Both the position numbers and the translations under genes were made by a program. Shown piece after piece: positions 9,755 to 19,775 of a DNA stretch of 64,000 bases (the stretch's first letter is position 1; each line of letters opens with the position of its first letter). This DNA is from a virus (Duplodnaviria > Caudoviricetes): IMG/VR virus record IMGVR_UViG_3300031998_000008, positions 64,001 to 128,000 of that record; one strand, written 5' to 3'. The notes beneath the pieces were generated by a model. It ran no database searches. It had not been told where the DNA came from and saw nothing but the letters and a program-made list of their open reading frames with translations.

Positions 9755-10384
9755 TTAATCTATTACTGTCCAAACTTCAAGCAATTTGCCGAAACTATTA
9801 TAACTTATTTTTGTATATCCGTTTTCACAGAATTGTTTTCCCCAAGAATTTCTTATTATAAATCCTTCTTTGTCATATCCAACAATTGATATTGCATGGT
9901 ATCCTCTTAATGAGCATCCTTCCTTTTTATTCCAGAAATCACAATGTTCACCATAAACAGGTAAAGCGCCAAAACACGGGCCATTTGAAATTATGGCAAA
10001 CTTCAAATCATCTATGTTATCAATTTTTCCATAATGTCCAATTGTCATATTACCAACGGCAGAATCAACCCCATGATGCCTAAGGTATCTAAATGCAGCC
10101 TTAAATGACATTCCATCACCTTTGTTATCCCTACTATTATAAATGTCAAACAAAGCAATTGAATTATCATCGTTTGTTAATAGATTTAAATTTGCTTTCC
10201 AATTAAGGTAAGCAGACATTGAGCATGGGACGCATATTGATAATTTTCCCTGATTTATAACCTGAGGTAAAACATTTACATATGAATATTTTTCAGGCAT
10301 AACAGCGTCTTTCGGACACTCGAATAAAATTTCAGTACCGTCTATTACTGAAGGAATAAATCCTAAATTTTCAACGTTCATCAT
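9755..10384 (-). CDS. papain-like C1 cysteine peptidase
   Basis: NQG..IC, YHAISIVGY, RNSWG catalytic pattern. Confidence 0.85.
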   Translation of the reverse strand: MMNVENLGFIPSVIDGTEILFECPKDAVMPEKYSYVNVLPQVINQGKLSICVPCSMSAYLNWKANLNLLTNDDNSIALFDIYNSRDNKGDGMSFKAAFRYLRHHGVDSAVGNMTIGHYGKIDNIDDLKFAIISNGPCFGALPVYGEHCDFWNKKEGCSLRGYHAISIVGYDKEGFIIRNSWGKQFCENGYTKISYNSFGKLLEVWTVID

Positions 10385-10722
10385 TATTCAGCAATTCTTT
10401 TTGTTATTTTATAAGGCTCTTCTTCACCGATTAATATGTATATAATTTCTTCATATTCAGAACAAGCCTTTAAGTACATTCTTTTAACAAACACAGTATT
10501 TGTTTCATAATCTGTAAACCTTGCCTTTAACCATGAATCATAATAAGGTAAAGTGTCAGCTGTACAAATTGAATCAAGTTGGTATTGGTTTATGTCCATA
10601 GTGTATAAAACCATCATCGAAGAAGTACCAAACACTACTTCACCAGTTTCTTTTGTTGTACCACAAGAAACCATAAATAACATAGCAAATGCTATTAACA
10701 AATTTCTTAAAAATCTTTTCAT
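10384..10722 (-). CDS. lipoprotein
   Basis: MKRFLRNLLIAFAMLFMVSC-G signal peptide II with lipobox; ATG at 10722. Confidence 0.75.
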   Translation of the reverse strand: MKRFLRNLLIAFAMLFMVSCGTTKETGEVVFGTSSMMVLYTMDINQYQLDSICTADTLPYYDSWLKARFTDYETNTVFVKRMYLKACSEYEEIIYILIGEEEPYKITKRIAE

Positions 10723-10739
10723 AGTAATCCTTTTTTTCA

Positions 10740-10747
10740 ATAAATAG
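10740..10747 (-). promoter_or_regulatory. putative late promoter CTATTTAT
   Basis: Octamer 18 nt upstream of lipoprotein ATG. Confidence 0.65.
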
Positions 10748-10761
10748 ATTATGCATAAAAT

Positions 10762-10791
10762 AAAAAAAGCCGCATCCTAAGATACGGCTTT
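10762..10791 (-). terminator. terminator after tail sheath gene
   Basis: Minus strand AAGCCGTATC-TTAG-GATGCGGCTT followed by T-tract. Confidence 0.75.
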
Positions 10792-10821
10792 GAATAAGGG
10801 TCCTATTTGTTATATTATGAA

Positions 10822-13452
10822 TTACTCATCGAAAGCAACACTTTCAGGATATACAACGAATGTGATTGAAATGTATTCCAATGCAGGTGTTGGTTTAATC
10901 ATAATCTTAGCAGGTAAGATGTGTTGGTCTCTTGTCTCAGGTGTGACTTCTGTCTTAACCCTGTAATCGAAGATACCTCTATTTGACTTAACGTCTGCAA
11001 GGATAGGTTCAACCAAGCCTCTGAATTGTTTTTCAAGAGCATCGTCATATTGTTCAAATATCAAGTGTTTAGCTGCTGATGTGATAAGTTTCTTAACTCT
11101 AATCATAAGTCTTCTTACGTTGATTCTGTTAAGTGGGCTTTCAACATCGTATGCTGTCTTGTTACCCCAAACAATAACACCGTCTTTACCGAATGTCTTA
11201 ATTGGGTTGATTCTATTTTCATAAAGCATGTCTTCGTCATCAAGAGTTGTTTTGAATGCAGCCTTTTCGCAATCAACGATACCACGTGTTGTACCTGCCG
11301 GTGCGAACCATGGGAATGATGTGTTATCTGTTTCTGCAATGTTTCTTACAACATCTTTAGTTGGTGACAAATACAAGTATTGATTTCTAACAGTGTCTTT
11401 GTAAAGAATCCAAGGTGCATATGTGCAAGCATATGAAGAATTGATTTCAGTGTCAGCGAAAGCCATTGCTAATTCATCAGGGTCTTGAATTTCGTAAGGT
11501 GAATTCATGATGTACAAAGCATCACCGCCTCTACCATCTTCAGGGTCTTCAACAACTTCAATTGCTTCCTTTGTCAACAGTGTTTGATTAAACCAATCAA
11601 TACCTGGTGTTACAAAAACGTTAATATCAACATCTTGAGGGTTTGACAATACTTTGTAACCTGCAAGATATGCATAATAGTCACTTGTATTTACATATGA
11701 TGGCAATTTATATTCAACTGCATCTACAAATTTATCGTAACCAATTTCATTAGTACCATAGTTGTTTACATTGTAAGCATCTGTGTTAGTTCTGCTTTCA
11801 CGGTTAATATCCCATCCGTCAAAACCACCATAGAAGCAAACTGTGAACTTACGTAATTTCTCATTCTTGTAGATAGTTTCGTTGATATACTTGGCATCGT
11901 TTTCAAAACGTGCGTTTGTGATTCTTGGCTTATAAGTGTCTGCTGTAACTTTTTCACCTGATACACAATCAAATGTATATTTGTCTTCTTCAATACCGTC
12001 AATGTAAACATTCATGCATTCTTCTGAAGAGAATATACTATCCATATGGAAACCTTTTGTGTAGACAAGGCCAGTTGAAATAACCATGTCACCATTGTCG
12101 TTGTATTTTGGTGTCATTTCATCATCTTCGTAGAATTCTCTACCTTTAAATGTCAAAACATCAGTATCAACATTTGAAATACCAAAATATTGTTTTCTTT
12201 CTTTAATTTTTGGATTATAAACTGTTCTATAAGCAATTGATGGAGCAATTGATTTTCCATAATTTGGTGTTGGGTATCCTAAGAAACCACAAGGAACGCT
12301 ACCTGCCAAATCTTCATCAGTTGCAAGTTCAACTGTAATATACTTTGATTGATTACCATATAATCCATCACTTGTACCTATCTTATATCCGATAAATGAA
12401 GAATCACCTTTTTTCATTGAACATTTGGTGAATTTTTCAAGAACCACAATATTAGCGTCAGTATCATTGAAGTCTCTAACAACAACATCAAATGTACCAG
12501 TAAATGGGTCAATCTTTTCAATTGAAACCTTAACTTGGAAATTTGAAGCATCACCGTCAGAAATTGTCAAGAATCTGAAAAGTCTCTTGATTGAAACGGC
12601 TTGACATGTTGCATTTCCACCATCTCTTGTAAATGTAGTAGCTTCTGAAACAAGCCATGGTGTCAAAGCACATCTGTATTTTCCTCTATAATCAGCATAA
12701 TCTTCTGTATCTAATGCTGTAATAGTGTAATCCATTTTGATTGTATCGCCATCATCCAAAGCATTTTCATAAACTGCTTCAACATAAATGCTACTTAATT
12801 TGTTGTCTTGAGGATTTGAACTGATAACCTTATAAATGTAATCACCATCACGTGGGTCTAATGAAACATTGTAGTATTCAGGTTCGCCAACTGTTGTTTC
12901 AACCTTAATGCACAATTTCTTAGCAACATTCAAAGTTGAAGCTGTTGGTGCTGTTCCACCAGGACAGAATGTAGTATATGTAGTATTGCTATATGGTTTG
13001 ATGCTAACGCTTGTTACAAGTTCGCTAACTGAGTCATTTGATTCACAAATGTCACCACCAATTTGACCCATTACCTTCTTACCTCTAAGAACAATCAAAG
13101 GTTTTCCACCTGTTGTTTCAGCAACCCAACATTTACCTGCGTCATAACCTGAGAAACCAAGAACCCTAACAACATTAAGTCTCTTTGATTTTGTCAAATA
13201 ACTCTTTGCAATATAAGGAAGTTCATACTTTGGTAAGCCAGTGCCTTTGTAAAGTTCGCTTGAAGTACCACCAAAATAGTCAATGAAGTCATTCCAATCG
13301 CTTATTTCAATGTTTTCAAAAGCTGGACCATATAATGTTTCACCAACAAGTCCGAGACTTGTGATACCAAGGCTTTTTACTGAAAAAACAACATCTTTTT
13401 CTTCTGTATAAACGCCTGGAGAAACGTGTCTGCCTTTTGCATTACTTATCAT
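10822..13452 (-). CDS. gp18: tail sheath protein (T4 gp18-like)
   Basis: SPGVY.EE.D, PWFAPAG..RG, INPI, WG.KT, RINVRRL, KP..ALEYI motifs. Confidence 0.95.
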   Translation of the reverse strand: MISNAKGRHVSPGVYTEEKDVVFSVKSLGITSLGLVGETLYGPAFENIEISDWNDFIDYFGGTSSELYKGTGLPKYELPYIAKSYLTKSKRLNVVRVLGFSGYDAGKCWVAETTGGKPLIVLRGKKVMGQIGGDICESNDSVSELVTSVSIKPYSNTTYTTFCPGGTAPTASTLNVAKKLCIKVETTVGEPEYYNVSLDPRDGDYIYKVISSNPQDNKLSSIYVEAVYENALDDGDTIKMDYTITALDTEDYADYRGKYRCALTPWLVSEATTFTRDGGNATCQAVSIKRLFRFLTISDGDASNFQVKVSIEKIDPFTGTFDVVVRDFNDTDANIVVLEKFTKCSMKKGDSSFIGYKIGTSDGLYGNQSKYITVELATDEDLAGSVPCGFLGYPTPNYGKSIAPSIAYRTVYNPKIKERKQYFGISNVDTDVLTFKGREFYEDDEMTPKYNDNGDMVISTGLVYTKGFHMDSIFSSEECMNVYIDGIEEDKYTFDCVSGEKVTADTYKPRITNARFENDAKYINETIYKNEKLRKFTVCFYGGFDGWDINRESRTNTDAYNVNNYGTNEIGYDKFVDAVEYKLPSYVNTSDYYAYLAGYKVLSNPQDVDINVFVTPGIDWFNQTLLTKEAIEVVEDPEDGRGGDALYIMNSPYEIQDPDELAMAFADTEINSSYACTYAPWILYKDTVRNQYLYLSPTKDVVRNIAETDNTSFPWFAPAGTTRGIVDCEKAAFKTTLDDEDMLYENRINPIKTFGKDGVIVWGNKTAYDVESPLNRINVRRLMIRVKKLITSAAKHLIFEQYDDALEKQFRGLVEPILADVKSNRGIFDYRVKTEVTPETRDQHILPAKIMIKPTPALEYISITFVVYPESVAFDE

Positions 13453-13484
13453 ATTGTTTCTATTTTTACTTTATTATTTTCTTT

Positions 13485-13492
13485 ATAAATAG
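13485..13492 (-). promoter_or_regulatory. putative late promoter CTATTTAT
   Basis: Octamer upstream of sheath gene. Confidence 0.7.
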
Positions 13493-13534
13493 CATAAAAA
13501 ACACAAAAATATCTATTTATCTTATTTTTGGAAA

Positions 13535-14704
13535 TTATAATGTTTCTGTTTTTTCGACTACATTCGTGAAGTCTTTTCCTATAAGTTTTATTTCTGAATT
13601 TTCAAAAGTTTTGTATCTTGAAACATGGACAATTTTTATTGAATCATTGTCGTTTAGTTTGAATTGCTGTAACTCTTCATCAGTAAAATAATCACTTAGC
13701 ATTACAGTATATTCATCATAACATAAATCTTCATCATTCTTGAATATTCTACTTAAATCAATAATGTTTCCATTTATATATAAGTCAAAATATCTTACAT
13801 TCTTCATTGAAATTCCTGTAATTTCTGAATCACAGTCAATCTTGAACATGTGTTTTGACGTGTTTTCTGGAAATTCTGTTATTATTTCAATTGGCTGATA
13901 TTCATATGGATTATAATCTGCTTCACATTCAGTTTCTTCAACAATGGTTTTTGGCCTACTAACTGTTGCACCGTCAAAGCATTCCAATTTTAGCATTGGC
14001 TGTTCTATAACCCTGAAACTATCCTTTGGTATTATGTATGCCTTAACAGTAATCAAGTATGATTGTGAATAGTAACGTCTATCATCAATATTATATTCTG
14101 ATTCATCTGATATATCATCAAGCGTCATTGACATAAAATGTCCTTTTGGCCTTATATAACAGTCTATTGCAGCAAAATGCTTATTCATCAACAAGTTAAA
14201 ATCATTCAACAACTGATATTTGTTTGTGAAAATTGAAACTGTGTACTTCAAATCTATTGAAATAGGTTGTTTCATCCTATAATCAATATAATACCTGTTT
14301 CCATGTCTGTCCATTGAGAATACCCTGTTCATTAAGAAGTCAATATCACCAGGAATATTCCTGATTTCACCGACTATTGTACCTGCTTTTGGGTTATTTT
14401 CCCTTGTAATAGCCTTGAAATTAAGAATAAGGTTCTTTTTTTCATCCACATGTTGCCATGATTGTAGATACTCTGAAAATCTTTGATTTGAAAGCATTAA
14501 ATAAGTAGGCAATTTCTCATTTTCATAAGAAATATCCAAATCTTCACGAACCCATCTCTCAAATTCTTGGTCTATTTCCTCATATTCAACAGGATTTGGC
14601 AACGGAGTTGCATCTTGCAGGACCTCTTTCGCTAAATTTTCACGTCTTTCGTTCCCGACAACATTTCGTTTAAGTTTTATAATATTTTTGTAATTTCTGC
14701 TCAT
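13535..14704 (-). CDS. probable tail terminator/sheath stabiliser (gp15-like) with C-terminal extension
   Basis: Between gp14-like and sheath genes; P..IDL.Y.VSI and Y.ITVKAY motifs. Confidence 0.55.
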   Translation of the reverse strand: MSRNYKNIIKLKRNVVGNERRENLAKEVLQDATPLPNPVEYEEIDQEFERWVREDLDISYENEKLPTYLMLSNQRFSEYLQSWQHVDEKKNLILNFKAITRENNPKAGTIVGEIRNIPGDIDFLMNRVFSMDRHGNRYYIDYRMKQPISIDLKYTVSIFTNKYQLLNDFNLLMNKHFAAIDCYIRPKGHFMSMTLDDISDESEYNIDDRRYYSQSYLITVKAYIIPKDSFRVIEQPMLKLECFDGATVSRPKTIVEETECEADYNPYEYQPIEIITEFPENTSKHMFKIDCDSEITGISMKNVRYFDLYINGNIIDLSRIFKNDEDLCYDEYTVMLSDYFTDEELQQFKLNDNDSIKIVHVSRYKTFENSEIKLIGKDFTNVVEKTETL

Positions 14705-14706
14705 TT

Positions 14707-15252
14707 TTATCCGTTAAATTCACTTGCATCAATACTTGCGCATTGAATTGTGCGGGCGTATGGCTTTGTCCCGAACAATGTAAACTTATTTGATGTCATA
14801 TTTACTCTTCCATCGTCAACTACTGTAAAATATTCACGATGTTCAGTGTCTATTTGTATTCCAATGTAATCACCTCTTGAAATATCGCAATGGTTTTCTT
14901 CAAGTGTTGATAAAAGTACACTAAAAGTGAGTTTACCAGTCTTTGCATAGTAACCTGTTTGAATCTTATTGTTATAAGCCTTAGTTTCAGCGTCACTTAT
15001 TTCATAAATCACTGGAAGAACAATAGGTGTCTTGAATCTTATCGCATCTTTTGATGCCTCGTTATATGTATCATTCACTTTTGTCTTTTCCAAGTCAACT
15101 TGATACAATATAACTTCCTGATTTGCATCTTGTTCTATATATTCGGTGGCAAATCCAACTTCCAAGTCAAAATCCTCAGCGCCAAAGAACTTGTTGTTCC
15201 TTGTAATCGGTACTTTATTAGTGTTTTGTGTTTGATTAAATTGAAGTGCCAT
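14707..15252 (-). CDS. neck/head closure protein (gp14-like)
   Basis: VILY..D...T..ND.Y.E, GDYI..YF.VVDDG pattern; late motif upstream. Confidence 0.6.
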   Translation of the reverse strand: MALQFNQTQNTNKVPITRNNKFFGAEDFDLEVGFATEYIEQDANQEVILYQVDLEKTKVNDTYNEASKDAIRFKTPIVLPVIYEISDAETKAYNNKIQTGYYAKTGKLTFSVLLSTLEENHCDISRGDYIGIQIDTEHREYFTVVDDGRVNMTSNKFTLFGTKPYARTIQCASIDASEFNG

Positions 15253-15272
15253 TTATTATTTCCATTTTAAAG

Positions 15273-15280
15273 ATAAATAG
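15273..15280 (-). promoter_or_regulatory. putative late promoter CTATTTAT
   Basis: Octamer upstream of neck gene. Confidence 0.7.
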
Positions 15281-15320
15281 TTATTTTTATAATAAAAGTT
15301 ATAACTTTTGAGCGTTGAGC

Positions 15321-15408
15321 ACTAGTTCTATAAGCACTAGAATATTAATTTAAATATAAATTAATAATATTAAAATAATATATTAAAAAACTAGTTCTAT
15401 AAGCACTA
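15321..15408. repeat. 19-bp direct repeat ACTAGTTCTATAAGCACTA x2 flanking an A/T-only spacer
   Basis: Exact copies at 15321-15339 and 15390-15408; 15341-15389 only A/T. Confidence 0.9.
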
Positions 15409-15468
15409 ATATTTGTTTTTTTTGGAAAATTTTTGTAAATAATATATTAAGAAAAATTGTATAATTTA

Positions 15469-17511
15469 ATGTATGACACGATAAAAGGTAAAAATGAAGC
15501 CATAGACATATTAAACAATTATAACGGTGAGAATCCTTATTTGCTTAGGCTAAAGAGGGACATTGTTTTATGCCGTAAGACAAACTTGCTTACGGAATAT
15601 GTGATTGAGTACATAAAAAAGAACTGTAACAGGAAGCCTATACAAGTGAATAAGACCATACAAATTGCAGATTGGTATGGAGAGAAACTTAAAAATGATT
15701 ATGAAATTGAATTTATTCCTGAAAAATTAAGGATTTACACATTTTTCGGTGAAACATCAGTTTCTTTTCATTGTACTGTAAGATACAGGCAAAACATGGA
15801 AACTTTAGAACTTTTTTTACCAAAGAAAGCTGTATTAGGAAACTTCTTAATAGGTGATTACCATGAAGTTCAGGTTGATTTTGACCGTTATGATAATTTA
15901 TCAACAGCAAAAGACCCTAATAGAATGTTAAAGCCTCACCAAAAAGAGGCAGTTCAATTCCTTTTACATAGAAAAAAGTGCATTTTAGCTGATGATATGG
16001 GTCTTGGAAAAACTACAGAGTTAGCAGTTGCTTCAATTGAGGGCAATTTTGACTCTGTTTTGGTTATTTGTCCGTCTTCATTAAAGACCAATTGGAGAGA
16101 TGAATTGTTATGGTATGTCAAAGAGAAAGATATTTCTATAATTGATGGTGTTAATGATAAGACCAAGCCAGAATTAGAAAAAATGCTTGGATATGGCGTT
16201 GGAAAATCAGGATTAAAACGTGAACAATTGCTTGAAGAAGCAAAAAATCGTGGAAAATGGGAAGATAACAGATTTGTTATCGTCAATTTCGATATTCTTG
16301 ATGAATTTTATAAGATTCCAAGAACAAGGAGTGCTGAAAATATCAAGAAAGCATATGATGAGAGCCCTATGCTTAGGTATGCCATGAATAAAAAGACATT
16401 ACTTATAATTGATGAGGCACATAGGCTATCAAATTCTGATTCAGATAGATACAAAATAATAAATGACTTTATAAAAAGAGCGAATCCACATAGTATATAC
16501 CTTGCAACAGGTACACCCGTAACAAATAATCCTAAAAACCTTTATTGCTTATTGAAACTTATTGGCGATGACATCACCAATGATTGGCAATTTTATATGG
16601 ATAGGTATTGTGGTGCTATGAAAATTCCTGCAAAGGGAGAAAAAGAAAAATGGAGTAATTTCTTCTTTGAAAAGAAAAAAAGAGAGTATGAAAAAGAGGG
16701 AAAAGTTCCACCAACTACTTGGGGAGAACTTACTTCAAAGGAAAAAGATGAGTTAAAGGAATATATCAACACGAATGCAAGGAAAATCAACATCATCAAA
16801 GATGCAACTAACCTTGAAGAGTTGAAACTTAAACTTTCCCACATTTATTTAAGGCGTACAAAGGAAGATATTTCAGACGGATTGCCAAATAAGACAGTCC
16901 ATGAATTATTCTATGACTTTGACATGAAGCAAGAATTTGAATATGCACGTCTTTGGGAAGAATATGAGGCTGCACAACTTGAATTGGACCCAACAAAGGA
17001 AATCAATAAGGATTTGCTTGAGGGTGCTGTGTATCGTAAATATTGCTCAAATCAAATGATTCCAAATACCATAAAACTTGCTGATGAATTCATAAGCAAA
17101 GGTGAAAAGGTTATAATTGCCACTTGTTATGATGATGAATTGTATCAGTTAAGAGATTATTATGGTGATAAATGTGTTGTATTTAATGGTAAAATGACAC
17201 CAAAGCAAAAAGATGTTGCAAAAGAAGCATTCTTGACTAATCCTGATAAAATGGTCTTCATTGGACAATTGTTTGCGGCAGGTGTTGGACTTAATCTTGT
17301 TGTTTCCAATAAGTTAATATTCAATGACATTGATTATGTTCCAAGTTCTAATAAGCAAATGGAAGATAGAATTTATCGCATTGGGCAAATACATGATGTT
17401 GACATTTATTATCAAATATTTAGAGGAACACAATATGAAAAAATGTGGAATACAGTAATTAGAAAAGAACTAGTTATTAATCAAATTATAAAAAAAGAAA
17501 ACGAAAAATAA
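15469..17511 (+). CDS. SNF2/SMARCAL1-like helicase
   Basis: LADDMGLGKT, DEAH, TGTP, G.GLNL, Q.EDR.YRIGQ. Confidence 0.93.
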   Translation: MYDTIKGKNEAIDILNNYNGENPYLLRLKRDIVLCRKTNLLTEYVIEYIKKNCNRKPIQVNKTIQIADWYGEKLKNDYEIEFIPEKLRIYTFFGETSVSFHCTVRYRQNMETLELFLPKKAVLGNFLIGDYHEVQVDFDRYDNLSTAKDPNRMLKPHQKEAVQFLLHRKKCILADDMGLGKTTELAVASIEGNFDSVLVICPSSLKTNWRDELLWYVKEKDISIIDGVNDKTKPELEKMLGYGVGKSGLKREQLLEEAKNRGKWEDNRFVIVNFDILDEFYKIPRTRSAENIKKAYDESPMLRYAMNKKTLLIIDEAHRLSNSDSDRYKIINDFIKRANPHSIYLATGTPVTNNPKNLYCLLKLIGDDITNDWQFYMDRYCGAMKIPAKGEKEKWSNFFFEKKKREYEKEGKVPPTTWGELTSKEKDELKEYINTNARKINIIKDATNLEELKLKLSHIYLRRTKEDISDGLPNKTVHELFYDFDMKQEFEYARLWEEYEAAQLELDPTKEINKDLLEGAVYRKYCSNQMIPNTIKLADEFISKGEKVIIATCYDDELYQLRDYYGDKCVVFNGKMTPKQKDVAKEAFLTNPDKMVFIGQLFAAGVGLNLVVSNKLIFNDIDYVPSSNKQMEDRIYRIGQIHDVDIYYQIFRGTQYEKMWNTVIRKELVINQIIKKENEK

Positions 17512-17513
17512 TA

Positions 17514-17521
17514 CTATTTAT
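17514..17521 (+). promoter_or_regulatory. putative late promoter within a translation-masking hairpin
   Basis: CTATTTAT overlapping AATAATACT/AGTATTATT stem next to ATG 17540. Confidence 0.7.
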
Positions 17522-17539
17522 ATTAAAGACAGTATTATT

Positions 17540-18451
17540 ATGAAAAAAATAAGCTTAGATGAATTTATTAAAAGGTCAAAAAATGTGCATGGTGAAAAAT
17601 ATAGTTATGAAAAATCTGTGTATGTTAATTATGATACAAAATTAGAAATAATTTGTAAAAAACATGGTAGTTTTTGGCAAACACCAGGTAATCATTTAAA
17701 AGGAAAAGGATGTCCTTATTGTAATGGAAACGCTAAATCAAATACTGAAGAGTTTATAAAAAAAGCAAATGATAAATGGGGTGATAAATTTGATTATTCA
17801 TTAGTAAAATACAAAAATAATAATTCAAAAATTTGTATAATAGAAAGAAAAAGTGGTCGTAAATTTTGGCAAACGCCAGCTAATCATTTGCAAGGATATG
17901 ATTGTAGTAATGGTGGAAAACAAAATACTGAAAACTTCATAATAAAAGCATCAGAAATTCATAAATGTAAATATGATTATTCTAAAACTGAATATAAAAC
18001 AGCAAAGGATAAAATAAGTATAATATGTCCAATACATGGCGAATTTTACCAATTACCATATAATCATTTAAAAGGGCAAGGATGTCCAAAATGTATTCAA
18101 AAATCAATTTTAGAAAATAAAATAAAAGAAATACTTGAAAATAATAGAATTATTTTTGAAGAACAAAAAAGATTTAAGTGGCTTGGAAAAAAGAGTTTAG
18201 ATTTTTATTTATCAGATTATAATATTGCAATCGAATGTCAAGGAAAAGAACATTTATATGAAACTGGACAATGGGAACCTTTTGAAATTGTTTTAAAAAG
18301 AGATATAGAAAAATATAATATATGTAAAGAAAATTTTGTAAAAGTTATATATGTAATACCAAATAACGAAAACAAAATTCCTGAATTTTATGATAATAAA
18401 ATAACAATAAGGCTTAAAGATTTTGAAAATTATATAAAAAATGAAAAGTGA
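17540..18451 (+). mobile_element. free-standing putative homing endonuclease (3 Zn-binding-like repeats plus PD-(D/E)xK domain)
   Basis: Three YDYS..Y...K..IIC..HG.F.Q.P.NHL.G..C-like repeats then LDFYL...IAIECQG..H. Confidence 0.8.
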
Positions 18452-18824
18452 AAAAGTAGGAGAAATAGTAGAAAACAGAAGTGAAAAAGAAATAATTGAA
18501 ACATGGGATAAATTGGGCCTTCTTAAAGACCTTAATGATTCTGAGAAAAGACTTGCTGCAATCTATTATGAAAAGGCAGCATTGGCAATGATTAGTTGGG
18601 ATGAAATAAAGCATGAGTTTGATAACGCCGCATTTGCAATAATTTACAAATTAGCAAAGAGAGGATATAAGTTCGACCATTTCAATATAACAGAAATGTA
18701 TTCGGTTTATTGTAATGAGTATGAAAAAGTGGTTGACCCAAAATTTAAGGATACGGCAGCAAAGGCTGCAAAAGCGACTTGTGATTATTTTTCAAAGAAA
18801 GAAAATAAGCCAAAAATAAAATGA
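18441..18824 (+). CDS. hypothetical protein, paralogue family A (capsid-N-terminus-like)
   Basis: ETWDKLGLLKDL...AIYYE...FDNAAFAII; C-terminal ATCDYFSK shared with 19356/19776. Confidence 0.7.
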   Translation: MKSEKVGEIVENRSEKEIIETWDKLGLLKDLNDSEKRLAAIYYEKAALAMISWDEIKHEFDNAAFAIIYKLAKRGYKFDHFNITEMYSVYCNEYEKVVDPKFKDTAAKAAKATCDYFSKKENKPKIK

Positions 18825-19105
18825 AAAAGATAAAATATCACATAGTAAAGTTTGTATTTTCCGTAATTGGATGGTATAAAGCAACTTTTGTATTTAAGGA
18901 AGGCCATAAGTATCTTGGTGGAATGCAGAAGAATGCAGCATCCATATATCGTGGAAACAGGACTTTTTATGAATCATTCAATGCTGTTGAGTCGACATGG
19001 GGCGTATGTGTATTTACAACACGTAATAAAACCTATAAATACTGGGAACTTGGTATTTTTAAATGGATTGAAAATAATGAAATTGAAGAAGTTACGAAAG
19101 TATGA
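18821..19105 (+). CDS. hypothetical protein
   Basis: ATGA-coupled ORF in operon. Confidence 0.6.
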   Translation: MKKIKYHIVKFVFSVIGWYKATFVFKEGHKYLGGMQKNAASIYRGNRTFYESFNAVESTWGVCVFTTRNKTYKYWELGIFKWIENNEIEEVTKV

Positions 19106-19350
19106 CTGAAAAAGAAAAAAATGATTTCATTGATTCAATGATAAAAGTAACATATTGTTCAGATTCAGATGCTTTAGTACAATTAGAAATTAGATTGAAG
19201 CGTACAGCATATTCAATGTTTTTCGGTAGTAAAAGATTAAAAGCACTTGGAATAAACATAGAAGATGCATATGATTTTCGTGAAAAAAACAAGTGGCCAA
19301 ATATTAGCGGCAAGCATAGATTGATAAAAAATTATAACACTTTAAAGTAA
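19102..19350 (+). CDS. hypothetical protein
   Basis: ATGA-coupled ORF in operon. Confidence 0.6.
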   Translation: MTEKEKNDFIDSMIKVTYCSDSDALVQLEIRLKRTAYSMFFGSKRLKALGINIEDAYDFREKNKWPNISGKHRLIKNYNTLK

Positions 19351-19355
19351 CTTTT

Positions 19356-19769
19356 ATGAAAAAAATATCATGGATTGATTATTCAGAATATGAAAAGTTG
19401 CCTGAAAAGCATCATTTGGAATATTGGGATAAGATTTTACGTATAAGAAATTGCTTAGATGACAACGAAAATTCTGCTGAAATATTGGCAAAGTATTTTG
19501 ATATATGCAAAAAATATATTGAAGAACATGATTTAGAAAGTGACGAAGAATGTATATTATTACCGATTGTAACACGTGTTGTTAGATGTGATAAAAAATG
19601 GAAACATGGAGAATTTAACCCATCGAAAATTTTGTCTGTTTATAGAAACAAGAAAACAAAGGTTAAAAGCAAATTTTTCAATGAAATACAACTTCATCAA
19701 ATAGACTCTGAAGCACAGGCTGTACGTGAAACTGCTGATTTTTTTACGATTAATAAGGAAAAATATTGA
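19356..19769 (+). CDS. hypothetical protein, paralogue family A
   Basis: YW...KY.D.CK.YIEE.D...LLPIV.RV...DK.WK.GEF.P.KI.SV. Confidence 0.75.
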   Translation: MKKISWIDYSEYEKLPEKHHLEYWDKILRIRNCLDDNENSAEILAKYFDICKKYIEEHDLESDEECILLPIVTRVVRCDKKWKHGEFNPSKILSVYRNKKTKVKSKFFNEIQLHQIDSEAQAVRETADFFTINKEKY

Positions 19770-19775
19770 ATTGAT

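Noticed and set aside
15321-15408. Mini CRISPR array
   Set aside because: Only two 19-bp copies, A/T-only spacer, no cas genes in the window.
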